Source of the DNA: Candidatus Gottesmanbacteria bacterium UBA6580
Lineage (GTDB): Bacteria; Patescibacteriota; Microgenomatia; UBA10105; UBA927
Direction of reading: 5' to 3'
Length of the DNA stretch: 64,000 nucleotides
Assembly: GCA_002433895.1 (NCBI GenBank)
Contig: DJJA01000003.1
Coordinates: 447,745 to 511,744 of the forward strand
In this document: positions 46,463 to 57,151 of the stretch, one piece after another
How positions within the stretch are numbered: position 1 is the stretch's first letter
How the letters are laid out: the number at the start of each line of letters is the position of its first letter
Position numbers and translations under genes: made by a program
Notes under the pieces: model-generated
What the model was told of the DNA's origin: nothing
What the model saw: only the letters and a program-made list of their open reading frames with translations
The model's database searches: none

Positions 46463-47900
46463 TATAGAGCTTATTAAGCGGCGTTCTGTCGTCGGGGTGG
46501 TTGCGCTGACTGCACGCACATTCCTGTTACAGATAATTGCCTTTGGTGCCACGTTTTTACTTACGCTCTTTTTATCACCGGAAACGTTCGGCGTATTTTA
46601 TGTTGTATCGGCCATTATTTCTTTTTTGGCGTATTTTTCGGATATTGGTCTGGCAGCAGCATTAGTACAAAAAAAAGAAGAAGTAACGCGTGAAGACTTG
46701 GGGACAACTTTTGTTATTCAACAGGTATTAGTAATTACCCTGGTGACCGTCTCGCTTGTGTTGTCCGGACGGATTGCCTCGTTTTACCGCCTGGATGAGA
46801 TGGGCGTTTGGTTATTTAGGGCGCTGGCGGTATCCTTTTTCTTTTCATCGTTAAAAACAATTCCGTCAGTGCTTCTCGAACGGCGGTTGGCGTTTGACCG
46901 GCTTGTGATTCCTCATATTATCGAAACTGTCGGATTTTATGGCGTGGCGGTGTATCTTGCGTGGCAGGGACACGGTATCGCGAGTTTTACGTGGGCAGTA
47001 ATGGTGCGTGGACTATTGGGACTTATTGCCATGTATATTGTTGAGCCGTGGTTACCCGTTTTAGTCATCAATAAACAAAGCGCCAGGAGGCTTATGCGTT
47101 TTGGTTTGCCGTTCCAGTTAAATTCTTTTCTTGCACTCCTTAAGGATGATTTGCTTACCGTGTTTTTGGGAAGAGTGCTTCCTTTTGCTGAAGTGGGTTA
47201 TATCGGATGGGCAAAAAAATGGGCGGAGGTTCCACTCCGGCTTATTATGGACTCAGTAATTAGAGTAACGTTCCCGACTTTCTCACGGTTGCAGCATGAC
47301 AGACAATTGCTCCAAAAAGCGATAGACAAAACGCTATTCGGGTTGTCTATGGCAATCCTGCCTATTTCCGCAGGGCTTCTTTTCTTTGTTCATCCCATGG
47401 TGGAACTTATTCCAAAGTACGGGAAATGGGAGCCTGCGCTTGTATCATTTTACCTTTTTGTATTTTCTTCAGCGTTTGCGGCGTTATCTACCCCACTCAT
47501 GAACGCGCTCAACGCGATGGGAAAAATTCGTACGACGCTCAAATTTATGGTTGGCTGGACGGTGAGTACATGGTTTTTTACCGTGCTATTTATTAGTTTG
47601 TTTGGATTTAACGGCGTCGCGGTATCGCTATTTGTCGTGTCGACATCAGTTTATTTTGTTGTACGCGTGACGAAGACAATTGCGGATTTTTCGTTTATTG
47701 CAAATGTCCGGGGTCCGGTTATTTCAGCAGTCGTACAGGGTGGAGCGTATGCACTTATGTTAAGCGTGGTACCCCATACCTTTATGTGGCTTTTTGTATC
47801 AGGCGTTTTGGGAGTTATACTGTATGGGAGCATGCTGTACGCGATTGAAACCAGTCGGATAAAAGCATTTATAGGAACTATCAGGAGGAGCACCACATGA
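46449..47900 (+). CDS. wzx: Wzx-type oligosaccharide flippase
   Basis: LSPETFG, DIGLAAALVQ, FGLPFQ, VGY, FPTFSRLQ; about 12-14 TMs. Confidence 0.85.
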   Translation: MAEIDIELIKRRSVVGVVALTARTFLLQIIAFGATFLLTLFLSPETFGVFYVVSAIISFLAYFSDIGLAAALVQKKEEVTREDLGTTFVIQQVLVITLVTVSLVLSGRIASFYRLDEMGVWLFRALAVSFFFSSLKTIPSVLLERRLAFDRLVIPHIIETVGFYGVAVYLAWQGHGIASFTWAVMVRGLLGLIAMYIVEPWLPVLVINKQSARRLMRFGLPFQLNSFLALLKDDLLTVFLGRVLPFAEVGYIGWAKKWAEVPLRLIMDSVIRVTFPTFSRLQHDRQLLQKAIDKTLFGLSMAILPISAGLLFFVHPMVELIPKYGKWEPALVSFYLFVFSSAFAALSTPLMNALNAMGKIRTTLKFMVGWTVSTWFFTVLFISLFGFNGVAVSLFVVSTSVYFVVRVTKTIADFSFIANVRGPVISAVVQGGAYALMLSVVPHTFMWLFVSGVLGVILYGSMLYAIETSRIKAFIGTIRRSTT

Positions 47901-48802
47901 AATTAAGCATTGTCATAAGCACATACAACAGGGCGAAAAGCCTTTCGAGAACATTAGCGTCCGTAAAGTCTGTGGCAGACGAGATTATCGTTGTCGATAA
48001 TGAGTCACCCGATGACACGGCTGCCGTTGCTAAAAAATTCGGCGCGAAAGTATATATTCGGCCAAATAATCTCATGCTCAATGTCAACAAAAATTACGGA
48101 TTTACGAAAGCATCAGGTGATTGGATATTATGCCTCGACGACGATGAAGAAATTACGGCAGAACTTGCGCGGGAAATAAAGGAAGCCATGAATACCCTCG
48201 ATGTGGCCGGATATTGGATTCCACGGAAAAATATCATTTTCGGACGCTTTATACAGCATGGTATTTGGTGGCCGGATCAACAATTGAGGTTAATTAAGAA
48301 AGGCAGTGGTAAATATCCGGAAAAACATGTGCACGAATATATAGAAGTAGAAGGTGCCACACGGGTATTGAAAAATCCTTATATACATTATAACTACGAT
48401 ACGCTCGCCCAGTTTTTAGACAAGATGCAGCGGGTTTATACCGACAGTGAAGTTAATAAATACATAGCCGCGGGGTACAGGGTACACTGGAGCGATGCCA
48501 TCCGCTTTCCTGTTTCCGATTTTCTTAAATTGTACTTTGCTCAGGGTGGATATAAAGACGGGTTGCACGGATTAGTATTGGCAATGCTACAGGGGTTTTA
48601 CTCGTTTATTATTTTTGTAAAGCTATGGGAGCGGGAAAAGTTCCGTGAGATAGACGTAAGCCCGGCGCAGTTGTTTGATGAAATACGCAGATCAGGCAGG
48701 GAAGTGGCGTACTGGGTATACACCACCAAGATAAAAGAAGAAAAAAACCCGGTCGTACGATTGTGGTACCGGTTATTGCGGAGGGGGCTGCGCTTGTCAT
48801 GA
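47897..48802 (+). CDS. GT2 glycosyltransferase (beta-glucosyltransferase-like)
   Basis: VVDNES.D, DWILCLDDDE, WPD.QLRL, VHE. Confidence 0.85.
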   Translation: MKLSIVISTYNRAKSLSRTLASVKSVADEIIVVDNESPDDTAAVAKKFGAKVYIRPNNLMLNVNKNYGFTKASGDWILCLDDDEEITAELAREIKEAMNTLDVAGYWIPRKNIIFGRFIQHGIWWPDQQLRLIKKGSGKYPEKHVHEYIEVEGATRVLKNPYIHYNYDTLAQFLDKMQRVYTDSEVNKYIAAGYRVHWSDAIRFPVSDFLKLYFAQGGYKDGLHGLVLAMLQGFYSFIIFVKLWEREKFREIDVSPAQLFDEIRRSGREVAYWVYTTKIKEEKNPVVRLWYRLLRRGLRLS

Positions 48803-49719
48803 AAAAAGTAGCTCTCGTTATTGTGAATTGGAACGGTATTGAAGATACACGCAGGTGCCTTGCCTCCGTGCGGGCCATGCGGCCCGACGGTAACACGCTT
48901 GAAATCATCGTTGTGGACAACGGGTCAACTGATAACTCGGTGGCGTGTATCGCCAAGGAATTTCCTGAAGTGCGGTTGTTGGCGCTTGATACCAATTTAG
49001 GCTTTACTGGGGGGAATAATGCCGGCATCAAGTATGCAATGCTCAATAATGCTGACTATGTCTGGTTGTTGAATAATGACACGCTCGTTGATCAGCGCGC
49101 GCTGTCAATCCTCGGTGTTTTTGAGGATCCAAACGTGGGAATTGCCGGTTCGAAAATATTTTTTGCGGCAGGACACGAATACCATAAAAAAAGGTACAGC
49201 GCTTCACAAAAAGGTAAGGTGTTTTGGTATGCCGGGGGTCTTGTTGATTGGGACAATATGTACGCAAGTCACCGGGGTGTTGACGAGGTAGATAAAGGGC
49301 AGTATGAGACGGTTGAGCAGACAACATTTGTTACCGGGTGTTCAATGATGATACGGCGGAACGTTATAGAAAAAATCGGCGTTTTGGATGACGCGTACTA
49401 TTTATATCTGGAAGATCTGGATTTTTGCCTGCGGGCGCGTAATGCCGGTTTTTTGCTCATGTATTATCCGCGGTCTATTGTGTGGCATGTGAACGCTGGT
49501 TCTTCGGGTGGCGCAGGAAACCCTTTACATGACTACTACATAACGAGAAACAGGTTGCTTGTGGGTTTCCGTTTCGCGCCAACACGCACGAAATTCGCGC
49601 TTATCCGCGAGGCTGTCCGTTTTTTGAGGGGCAATAATCCTGAAAAAAAACAAGCGGTCACGGATTTTTTGACGGGTAGGCTGGGGAGACAGTATGAGCC
49701 AAAAAAAGCTATCACTTAG
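48799..49719 (+). CDS. GT2 glycosyltransferase (rhamnosyltransferase-like)
   Basis: IVNWNG, VDNGSTD, NLGFTGGNN, LLNND, TGCSM, YLEDLD. Confidence 0.87.
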   Translation: MKKVALVIVNWNGIEDTRRCLASVRAMRPDGNTLEIIVVDNGSTDNSVACIAKEFPEVRLLALDTNLGFTGGNNAGIKYAMLNNADYVWLLNNDTLVDQRALSILGVFEDPNVGIAGSKIFFAAGHEYHKKRYSASQKGKVFWYAGGLVDWDNMYASHRGVDEVDKGQYETVEQTTFVTGCSMMIRRNVIEKIGVLDDAYYLYLEDLDFCLRARNAGFLLMYYPRSIVWHVNAGSSGGAGNPLHDYYITRNRLLVGFRFAPTRTKFALIREAVRFLRGNNPEKKQAVTDFLTGRLGRQYEPKKAIT

Positions 49720-50458
49720 TGTCATTATTATCGCCAAAAATGAAGAGGCGCGTATAGGCGCCTGCCTTGACGCAGTGCAGTTTGCGTCTGAACGTCTCGT
49801 ATTGGACAACGGTTCGACCGACAAAACGCCTGACATCGCCAAAAACCGGGGCGTGCAGGTGAAAACATTCCGGTCAGACAGTTTTGCGGAGCTTCGGAAT
49901 AAAGCAGCAACGCTCGTTCACGGGGATTGGATTCTTTATATAGACGCGGACGAAAGAGTGAGCGAACCGCTTGCTGAGAATATAGAAAAAATCATCCGCG
50001 GATGGAGGCCGGGTGATAAGGCAGGGTTTGAAATTCTCCGAGAGAATTACTATCTCGGACGCCGTTGGCCCAAAAGCGAGTGGATGCTCAGGTTGTTTAA
50101 AACAGACGCGTTTAACGGTTGGCATGGCGTGTTGCATGAAACGCCCAAAATACAGGGTGAAATAGGCCGCATTGACGGATTACTCATCCATAACACCCAC
50201 AGGACACTAGCAGAAATGGTTGAGAAAACGAATGAATGGAGCGAGGTTGAAGCACAATTGCGGTTATCATCGAGACACCCAGAGATACACTGGTGGCGGC
50301 TATTGCGTGTCATGGGCACGGGTTTTTGGAATTCTTTTGTCGTCCAGGGCGGGTGGCGCGCAGGTACTGCCGGGTGGATAGAAAGCATATATCAGGGATT
50401 TAGCATGTTTATTACATACGCGAAGTTATGGGAAATGCAGCACCAAAAAAAATCATGA
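49694..50458 (+). CDS. GT2 glycosyltransferase
   Basis: IAKNEE, DNGSTD, WILYIDADE, LHE. Confidence 0.85.
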   Translation: MSQKKLSLSVIIIAKNEEARIGACLDAVQFASERLVLDNGSTDKTPDIAKNRGVQVKTFRSDSFAELRNKAATLVHGDWILYIDADERVSEPLAENIEKIIRGWRPGDKAGFEILRENYYLGRRWPKSEWMLRLFKTDAFNGWHGVLHETPKIQGEIGRIDGLLIHNTHRTLAEMVEKTNEWSEVEAQLRLSSRHPEIHWWRLLRVMGTGFWNSFVVQGGWRAGTAGWIESIYQGFSMFITYAKLWEMQHQKKS

Positions 50459-52767
50459 AGAACATTGTATCCCGGTGGTGGCCCGCATTGGTTGTCGTGA
50501 TAGCGTGGTTTGTTTTTGGAGCCCCTTATTTTACAAAGGGAAGGGTGCCTTTTCCCTCGACATACCTTGTAACATTTTTTCCGCCCTGGAGCGCAACAAA
50601 CGGCATGCCCGTAAAAAATAACGCGATGCCGGACGTGATTACCCAGATTTATCCTTGGAAACGAGTAACGGTTGACGCATGGAAAAACGGGGAAATACCT
50701 TTATGGAACCCATATAGTTTTTCAGGTACAAGTCATGTAGGCAATTATCAAAGCGCGGTATTTTCGCCGGTAAATTTGTTGTTTTTTCTGTTGCCCGAGG
50801 TGCACGCGTGGAGCATCATGATTTTGCTGCAGCCGCTACTCGCCGGACTTTTTATGCTTTTGTTCATGCGGGCGATAGGGGTAAGCCGCGTGGGAAGTGT
50901 TTTGGGATCAGTCGCGTTTATGTTTTGCGGATTTATTGTCGTATGGATGGCTTACGGAACACTTTCCTATGCCGCCCTTTTGTTGCCGCTTATTCTCTAT
51001 GGCATCCATACGTATGTATATCACGCCAAAAAATGGGCGCTCGCGGTGGGGAGCATCGCGGTAGGATTGTCGTTCGTATCAGGTCATTTTCAGATAAGTT
51101 TGTATGTACTGATGTACGTTGTGGCTTATCTTGTGTATCTTTTTTTTACTTCACCGGAAAAACGAAGAGTGTGGATGGCAGTATTATTAGTATGTATAGG
51201 CATATTGTTGGCCGCTCCCCAGATATTCCCCGCGTTTAGGGCGTATTCTTTGGCTGTCCGCAGTAGTCTGTTTCTTAAGGGTGAGGTTATCCCGTGGCAA
51301 TATCTGGTAACGATATTTTCTCCTGATTTTTTCGGTAATCCGGTTACCAGGAATGATTGGTTTGGCCACTATGCTGAATGGGCGAGTTTTATTGGCGTTG
51401 TACCGCTATTTCTCGCGTTATTTGCGATGTGGTACGCGAGGCGCCAGCCGGTAATAACATACTTTCTGCTGATGAGCGTACTTCCGTTACTTATGGCGTA
51501 TCAAACTCCGCTGATAGATGCGATTTTCGCGTTAAAAATACCGGTGCTATCGACAAGCGCCGCGTCAAGGATTATTGTGTTATGTAGTTTTTCACTCGCG
51601 GTGCTTTCCGGGTTGGGTCTGGATGCATTGATTAAGGCGTGGGAGTCCCGTGAACGGAAAAAAATAATCATTTTTTCTGCCGCAAGCTTTATTTTGGTGG
51701 TAGTCATCTGGAGCATCCTTATTGTCGTGCGGCCGATGTCGCCGGAGCACCTTACGGTTGCGATCCGCAACACCGTATTACCCACGTTATTTTGGTGTGT
51801 TGCCATCGGTGCGATGGTGGCCGGAAGTGTTATACCGAAACGGTTCAGGACGGTGTTATGTTACATGCTCGTAGTGGTGGCGGTATTTGATTCGTATCGG
51901 TTCGCGTCGAAATGGATGCCGTTTGATCCTGTAAACCTCGTGTATCCGCAAATTCCGTTTATTACTAAGCTTCAGTCACTTGTTGACGGCGGGCGTTTTA
52001 GAGTATTCGGCAATATAGGTAACGAAGTTGGTTCCGCATTTGGCATACCGCTTATTGAAGGGTACGACGCGGTATATCAACAGCGGTATGGTGAACTTAT
52101 TTCCGCGGCAGGCAACGGAAAAATTATGGGTGCGGGTAGGTCAGTGGTAAGTATGGAAAAGCACGGGACATATACAGAATTCATACTTCAGTTGTTGGGG
52201 GTGAGGTATTACGCGCATAAAAAGAGTGATGGGAGATTGCCATGGGCGTATCCGTTTTGGGAGTATCCCCAGTACAACAGGATTTGGGAAGATGAACACT
52301 TTGAGATTTTTGAAAATACACAAAGTTATCCTAAGGCATTGTTAGCAGGGTCGTATATAGTGGCGACGGACAAACAGGAAATAGTGAATGCGCTATTTTC
52401 AAACGAAATAAACCCCCGCGAAACAATTATTTTAGAAGAGAAACCAGTATTTGATCCGGCACCGGGTGATGGTACTGTTACGATTTCATCATATAGACCG
52501 ACGGAATTAGTCATGCATGTCTCTGCTGACGCTCCCAAGTTATTATTTGTTTCTGATGTGTATGACGACGGGTGGCAGGTCGCGATAGACGGTACATCAT
52601 CGGAGATATACCGTGCTCACTATGATTTCAGGGCGGTTGCAGTTCCGAAAGGGGCACATACAGTCCGTATGTGGTACTCACCCAAAAGTGTGAACACGGG
52701 ATTATTGGTGGCAGGAATTGCTACACTGGGAATAGCCGGATTTTTACTTATGAAAAAACGCATATGA
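50455..52767 (+). CDS. YfhO-family membrane protein (putative GT-C)
   Basis: D...Q.YPW, PLWNPYSFSG, GHFQ, P.FFGNP, IEGYD, YDDGW, C-terminal TM. Confidence 0.82.
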   Translation: MKNIVSRWWPALVVVIAWFVFGAPYFTKGRVPFPSTYLVTFFPPWSATNGMPVKNNAMPDVITQIYPWKRVTVDAWKNGEIPLWNPYSFSGTSHVGNYQSAVFSPVNLLFFLLPEVHAWSIMILLQPLLAGLFMLLFMRAIGVSRVGSVLGSVAFMFCGFIVVWMAYGTLSYAALLLPLILYGIHTYVYHAKKWALAVGSIAVGLSFVSGHFQISLYVLMYVVAYLVYLFFTSPEKRRVWMAVLLVCIGILLAAPQIFPAFRAYSLAVRSSLFLKGEVIPWQYLVTIFSPDFFGNPVTRNDWFGHYAEWASFIGVVPLFLALFAMWYARRQPVITYFLLMSVLPLLMAYQTPLIDAIFALKIPVLSTSAASRIIVLCSFSLAVLSGLGLDALIKAWESRERKKIIIFSAASFILVVVIWSILIVVRPMSPEHLTVAIRNTVLPTLFWCVAIGAMVAGSVIPKRFRTVLCYMLVVVAVFDSYRFASKWMPFDPVNLVYPQIPFITKLQSLVDGGRFRVFGNIGNEVGSAFGIPLIEGYDAVYQQRYGELISAAGNGKIMGAGRSVVSMEKHGTYTEFILQLLGVRYYAHKKSDGRLPWAYPFWEYPQYNRIWEDEHFEIFENTQSYPKALLAGSYIVATDKQEIVNALFSNEINPRETIILEEKPVFDPAPGDGTVTISSYRPTELVMHVSADAPKLLFVSDVYDDGWQVAIDGTSSEIYRAHYDFRAVAVPKGAHTVRMWYSPKSVNTGLLVAGIATLGIAGFLLMKKRI

Positions 52768-53825
52768 AAATAGGATTTTATAATCCATATTATGACGGCT
52801 TGGGTGGTGGAGAGCGGTATACGCTTACGCTCGCGAGTCACTGGTCAAAGCATCACGACGTCGTGTTGTTTTGGGATGATCCGAATATTATCGGACTGTC
52901 TGAAAAGCGGTTTGGTATTGACCTGACCCGGGTGCGTGTGACCCCAAACATTTTCAAAAATGCGAACATATTCGCGAAATTATGGGAGTCACGGAAATAT
53001 GACCTTATTTTTTTCTTAAGTGATGGCAGTATTCCCGCGACGCTCGCAAAACACAACATTTTACATTTTCAAGTGCCGTTTTCTTCACTGTTGGTTGACC
53101 CGTGGAAGCGCAACCGGTTTGACGTGGTGGTATGTAATTCGCAATTTACCAAAAATGAACTGGATCCGCAGTTGGGTGACCAAGCAGTAGTCATATATCC
53201 TCCGGTGCAACACGTGGGCAAGCCAACCACCAGACGGCCAAAAAAGAAACAGATATTGTCAGTGGGTCGGTTTACCGGTTATTTCCAAGCGAAAAAACAG
53301 GAAGTACTTATTGACGCATTTATACAAGGTCATACACAGGGAATTTTTACGGGATGGGAACTGGTGCTCGCCGGAGGACTTATTCCTTCGGATCAAGCAT
53401 ATTTTGATAAACTCACAAAAATGGTTGCGGGTACGTCGGTGCGGCTTATGCCCAACATTACCAACGATGAACTTGTCCGCTTGTACCAATCAAGTGCGTT
53501 GTACTGGCATGCTGCCGGCTTTGGCACTGATAACCCTACACAAATGGAACACTTTGGTATAACAACCGCGGAAGCAATGAGCGCGGGTCTTGTACCGGTC
53601 GTGAATGCCGCCGGCGGTCAGTTGGAAATAGTAACCGACAATGTGAACGGCATGTTGTGGCGCACGCAGGATGAGCTTATTGCAAAAACGGCAGCGCTTA
53701 TCCGTGATAGCAAGATGTATGACTCGCTTTCGAAAGAAGCGGTGGTGAGGTCTCAGGATTTTGATGAAGTGCAGTTTACCCGGGGATTTGACGCCCTCAT
53801 TGCGGGTTGGTCAGAAAAACGCTGA
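52764..53825 (+). CDS. GT4 glycosyltransferase
   Basis: GGGERY, NSQFT, IYPP, VGRF, EHFGITTAEAMSAG, GGQLEIV. Confidence 0.9.
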   Translation: MKIGFYNPYYDGLGGGERYTLTLASHWSKHHDVVLFWDDPNIIGLSEKRFGIDLTRVRVTPNIFKNANIFAKLWESRKYDLIFFLSDGSIPATLAKHNILHFQVPFSSLLVDPWKRNRFDVVVCNSQFTKNELDPQLGDQAVVIYPPVQHVGKPTTRRPKKKQILSVGRFTGYFQAKKQEVLIDAFIQGHTQGIFTGWELVLAGGLIPSDQAYFDKLTKMVAGTSVRLMPNITNDELVRLYQSSALYWHAAGFGTDNPTQMEHFGITTAEAMSAGLVPVVNAAGGQLEIVTDNVNGMLWRTQDELIAKTAALIRDSKMYDSLSKEAVVRSQDFDEVQFTRGFDALIAGWSEKR

Positions 53826-53862
53826 GGAATATATTTGTCGCACAACATACAACATTATCAAT

Positions 53863-56211
53863 ATGAAAAATTTACCCCGCCACACTATGCTCCGATCATC
53901 AGTTTTGTGGTTATTTTCATCAGCAAGAGTAAAGTTCGCTAATGCCTCGACGGTGTGGTCGTGGGTGCGGGGTGTACGAATATGGGGTGTCATCGCGTTG
54001 TTTACCGTCCTTGTGCTCGGATTTTTTTATAAGACGGTCATATACCAGCATTTACCAGTGCCATCCGACACGCTCGTCGGGCTATATCATCCATGGAGAG
54101 ACCGGTATGCGAATGATTATCCCCGCGGAGTGCCGTTTAAAAATTTTTTGATTACGGATCCCATACGCCAGCAAATTCCCTGGCGAAAAGTCGTCATTGA
54201 TGCCTGGCAAGCGGGAACCAGGCCTTCGTTTAATCCGTATACATTCGCGGGGGTACCTCTTGACGCAAATATTCAGGCGGCTCCGTTTTATCCGTTTAAC
54301 GTTTTGTTTTTGATCTTTAGATTCCCGGTGGCCTGGACAATTCTTATCGTGCTTCAGCCGTTACTATCCGGCATTTTTTTCTATTTATTTATCAAAAAAC
54401 AACACGCCGGTGATATCGCCGCAGCCGTAGGCGCGTGTACGTGGGCATTTAGCGGATTTGCGGTATCCTGGTTGACCTGGGGCACAATCGTGCATGTATC
54501 GTTATGGCTGCCGCTGCTGCTTCTTGCTATAGACGAGCTGTACATTGTGAACAAGCCTCTCAGGCATTATGTCCGATGGGCGGCTTTGTTATCGGTGGCT
54601 GCGGTTATGACCTTGCTCGCGGGACATATACAGGTGGCGCTCTATGCGTATGTTGCTGCGACCGGGTTTGTTGTATGGAAACACCGGGCGGCAAAACATG
54701 CAATACCGGTGCGGTGGCTTATGCTATCCGGTATTACCGCGTTGGTGGTGAGTGCTTTTCAATGGGTGCCGCTTGTCAGATATCTGTCTGAAACCGGCAG
54801 GATTGCGGCGACTGAGTCATGGAAAGCGGTAGGTTGGTTTTTGCCGTGGCAGCATCTTATCCAGTTTATTGCTCCCGATTTTTTTGGTAACCCCGCCACG
54901 CTTAACTACTGGGGAGTGTGGAATTATGGTGAATTTGTCGGATATATCGGAGTTATTCCACTGCTTCTTGCACTCAGTGTTTCCGCGCTTCCCGGCTTGC
55001 CCCGATTTTTTGTAAGCGTTTTGGGTATCAGCCTGTTGTGCATGTTGCCAAATCCCATCAGCACGCTCGTCTACGCTATGCATGTTCCGGTATTATCGGT
55101 ACTGCAGCCCACCCGGCTTATGGTGTTGGTCGACTTATCATTAGCGGTACTCTCTGTATACGCGTTTGACAGGTTGATAAAGGGTGAAAAACTACCGGTA
55201 AAAACAAGCATCGCCGGATTCGGCCTTATCATGGCGGTATTGTGGGCGGCCGTATTGGGCGGGCGCTTTGTGATCACTCTTCCTGAGATGCTGGCAAATT
55301 TGGAAATAGCAAAGAGGAATTTAATTATCCCAACGCTTCTTTATTCCGGATTTGTATGCTGGTGGGTTATATTTGGCGTACTCCGGCGGAAATTGTATAA
55401 AACGTTATGGACGGGTGTACTGTTCGTTGTCATAATTGCCGATCTTTTCCGGTTTGGATGGAAATTCACACCCTTTACTCCCGAAAAATATTTTTTTCCT
55501 CGAACGCAGATTATCACATTTCTCCAAAATCAACAGAAACCGTTTCGCGTGATGAGTCTGGACGACCGGATACTTCCGCCAAATGTAAGCGCCTATTTTG
55601 GTATCGAAACAATAGAGGGATATGATCCGTTGGCTCCGAAACAATACGAAGAATTTTTGGCGGCCAGTGAGCGTGGCAACGCGGATGCCGATAGCCCTAC
55701 GGGGTTTAACCGGATATACACGGCGCATAATATTGATTCGTTGGTACTGCCGTATATGAACGTACGGTACGTGCTTACCATGGGTGAAATAAAACGGCCG
55801 TTTCTTCGGGAAGTGATGAGGGAAGGAGACACATTCGTGTATGAATATACACGCGCATTGCCGCGGGTGTATTTAGCCGACCATATAGAGGTTATGTCCC
55901 AGGAAAAAACGCTCGCTTCGTTATTTGACCGTTATGTCTCCTATCGGGCGGTATACGACGGCTCTGTGAATACGATAAACGCTCCGCTTACCGGGGACGA
56001 ATTCGCGGAAATAGTTTCCTATTCGTCAAGGAATATGACTATCCGGACACGTGCAATAAATACACGCTTGCTCGTCATCCTTAACCGTTTTGACCCCCGT
56101 TGGAAAATCCACGTGGATGGTGTGGTTACCCCGGGATTACGCGTCAATCATTTGTTTATGGGAGTGGCGGTACCCGCAGGCAATCATGATATTATACTGA
56201 CATACCGTTGA
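53863..56211 (+). CDS. YfhO-family membrane protein (second copy)
   Basis: D...Q..PW, FNPY.F.G.P, GHIQ, PDFFGNP, IEGYD, LPRVY. Start uncertain. Confidence 0.8.
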   Translation: MKNLPRHTMLRSSVLWLFSSARVKFANASTVWSWVRGVRIWGVIALFTVLVLGFFYKTVIYQHLPVPSDTLVGLYHPWRDRYANDYPRGVPFKNFLITDPIRQQIPWRKVVIDAWQAGTRPSFNPYTFAGVPLDANIQAAPFYPFNVLFLIFRFPVAWTILIVLQPLLSGIFFYLFIKKQHAGDIAAAVGACTWAFSGFAVSWLTWGTIVHVSLWLPLLLLAIDELYIVNKPLRHYVRWAALLSVAAVMTLLAGHIQVALYAYVAATGFVVWKHRAAKHAIPVRWLMLSGITALVVSAFQWVPLVRYLSETGRIAATESWKAVGWFLPWQHLIQFIAPDFFGNPATLNYWGVWNYGEFVGYIGVIPLLLALSVSALPGLPRFFVSVLGISLLCMLPNPISTLVYAMHVPVLSVLQPTRLMVLVDLSLAVLSVYAFDRLIKGEKLPVKTSIAGFGLIMAVLWAAVLGGRFVITLPEMLANLEIAKRNLIIPTLLYSGFVCWWVIFGVLRRKLYKTLWTGVLFVVIIADLFRFGWKFTPFTPEKYFFPRTQIITFLQNQQKPFRVMSLDDRILPPNVSAYFGIETIEGYDPLAPKQYEEFLAASERGNADADSPTGFNRIYTAHNIDSLVLPYMNVRYVLTMGEIKRPFLREVMREGDTFVYEYTRALPRVYLADHIEVMSQEKTLASLFDRYVSYRAVYDGSVNTINAPLTGDEFAEIVSYSSRNMTIRTRAINTRLLVILNRFDPRWKIHVDGVVTPGLRVNHLFMGVAVPAGNHDIILTYR

Positions 56212-56231
56212 CCGGTGGAATTATTGTGATT

Positions 56232-57146
56232 ATGAAAAGTACATGTACGGTGAGTATCGTTATACCAAATTGGAACGGCAGTCACTTACTGGAGAAGAAT
56301 TTGCCATTTGTGTTGACGGCGGCACCTGATGCCCAAATTATCGTCGCAGATGACGCTTCGAGCGATAACTCACTGTCTCTGCTAAGGGAGAAATTTCCAT
56401 CAGTGACAGTTGTTTCCAGCAAAAAGCAGCAGGGGTTTGCCGGAAATGTTAATGCGGGCGTTGCCCGCGCTTCCGGTGAGATCATCGTATTGCTGAATAC
56501 CGATGTGCGTCCCGAAAAGGATTTCCTGAAGTTTTTAACCGCCCGGTTTAGTGACCCCCATGTCGCCGCTGTCGGGTGTTTAGAAAAAAGCCATGAGGCG
56601 GGAGGTGTGATTCTCCGTGGAAGGGGTATTGCAAGCTGGAAAAAAGGATATTTTATTCATAAGAAAGGGGAAGTTGATGAAGAAGACACCGCATGGGTGT
56701 CCGGGGGGAGCGCAGCGTACCGCCGGTCTATCTGGAATGAGCTTGGGGGAATGGACACGTTATATAACCCGTTTTACTGGGAGGATATAGATCTTTCCTA
56801 TCAAATGCTGAAGGCCGGTCACCGTATTGTATTTGAGAATAAAAGCGTCGTTGGTCATTTTCATGAGGAAGGAAAGATAAAAACCACCTATACTTCCCGG
56901 GATGTTAAAAAAATTGCATACAGAAACCAGTTTATTTTTATGTGGAAAAATATATCAGACATACGCCTATGGCTTCTTCATTGTTTTTGGACGCCCATAC
57001 GCCTGCTTCAGGCGGCCACCAAAGGAGACTGGCTTATGCTTAATGGATATCTTATGGCTGCGGTAAAATTACCTCAGGTTATACAAAGCAGAAGGCGCGC
57101 TTCTATGCATTGGCGTCTTCGGGATATGGCAATTTTTCCTTCATAA
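56232..57146 (+). CDS. GT2 glycosyltransferase
   Basis: IPNWNG, DDASSD, GFAGNVN, LLNTD, FYWEDIDL. Confidence 0.87.
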   Translation: MKSTCTVSIVIPNWNGSHLLEKNLPFVLTAAPDAQIIVADDASSDNSLSLLREKFPSVTVVSSKKQQGFAGNVNAGVARASGEIIVLLNTDVRPEKDFLKFLTARFSDPHVAAVGCLEKSHEAGGVILRGRGIASWKKGYFIHKKGEVDEEDTAWVSGGSAAYRRSIWNELGGMDTLYNPFYWEDIDLSYQMLKAGHRIVFENKSVVGHFHEEGKIKTTYTSRDVKKIAYRNQFIFMWKNISDIRLWLLHCFWTPIRLLQAATKGDWLMLNGYLMAAVKLPQVIQSRRRASMHWRLRDMAIFPS

Positions 57147-57151
57147 GCACT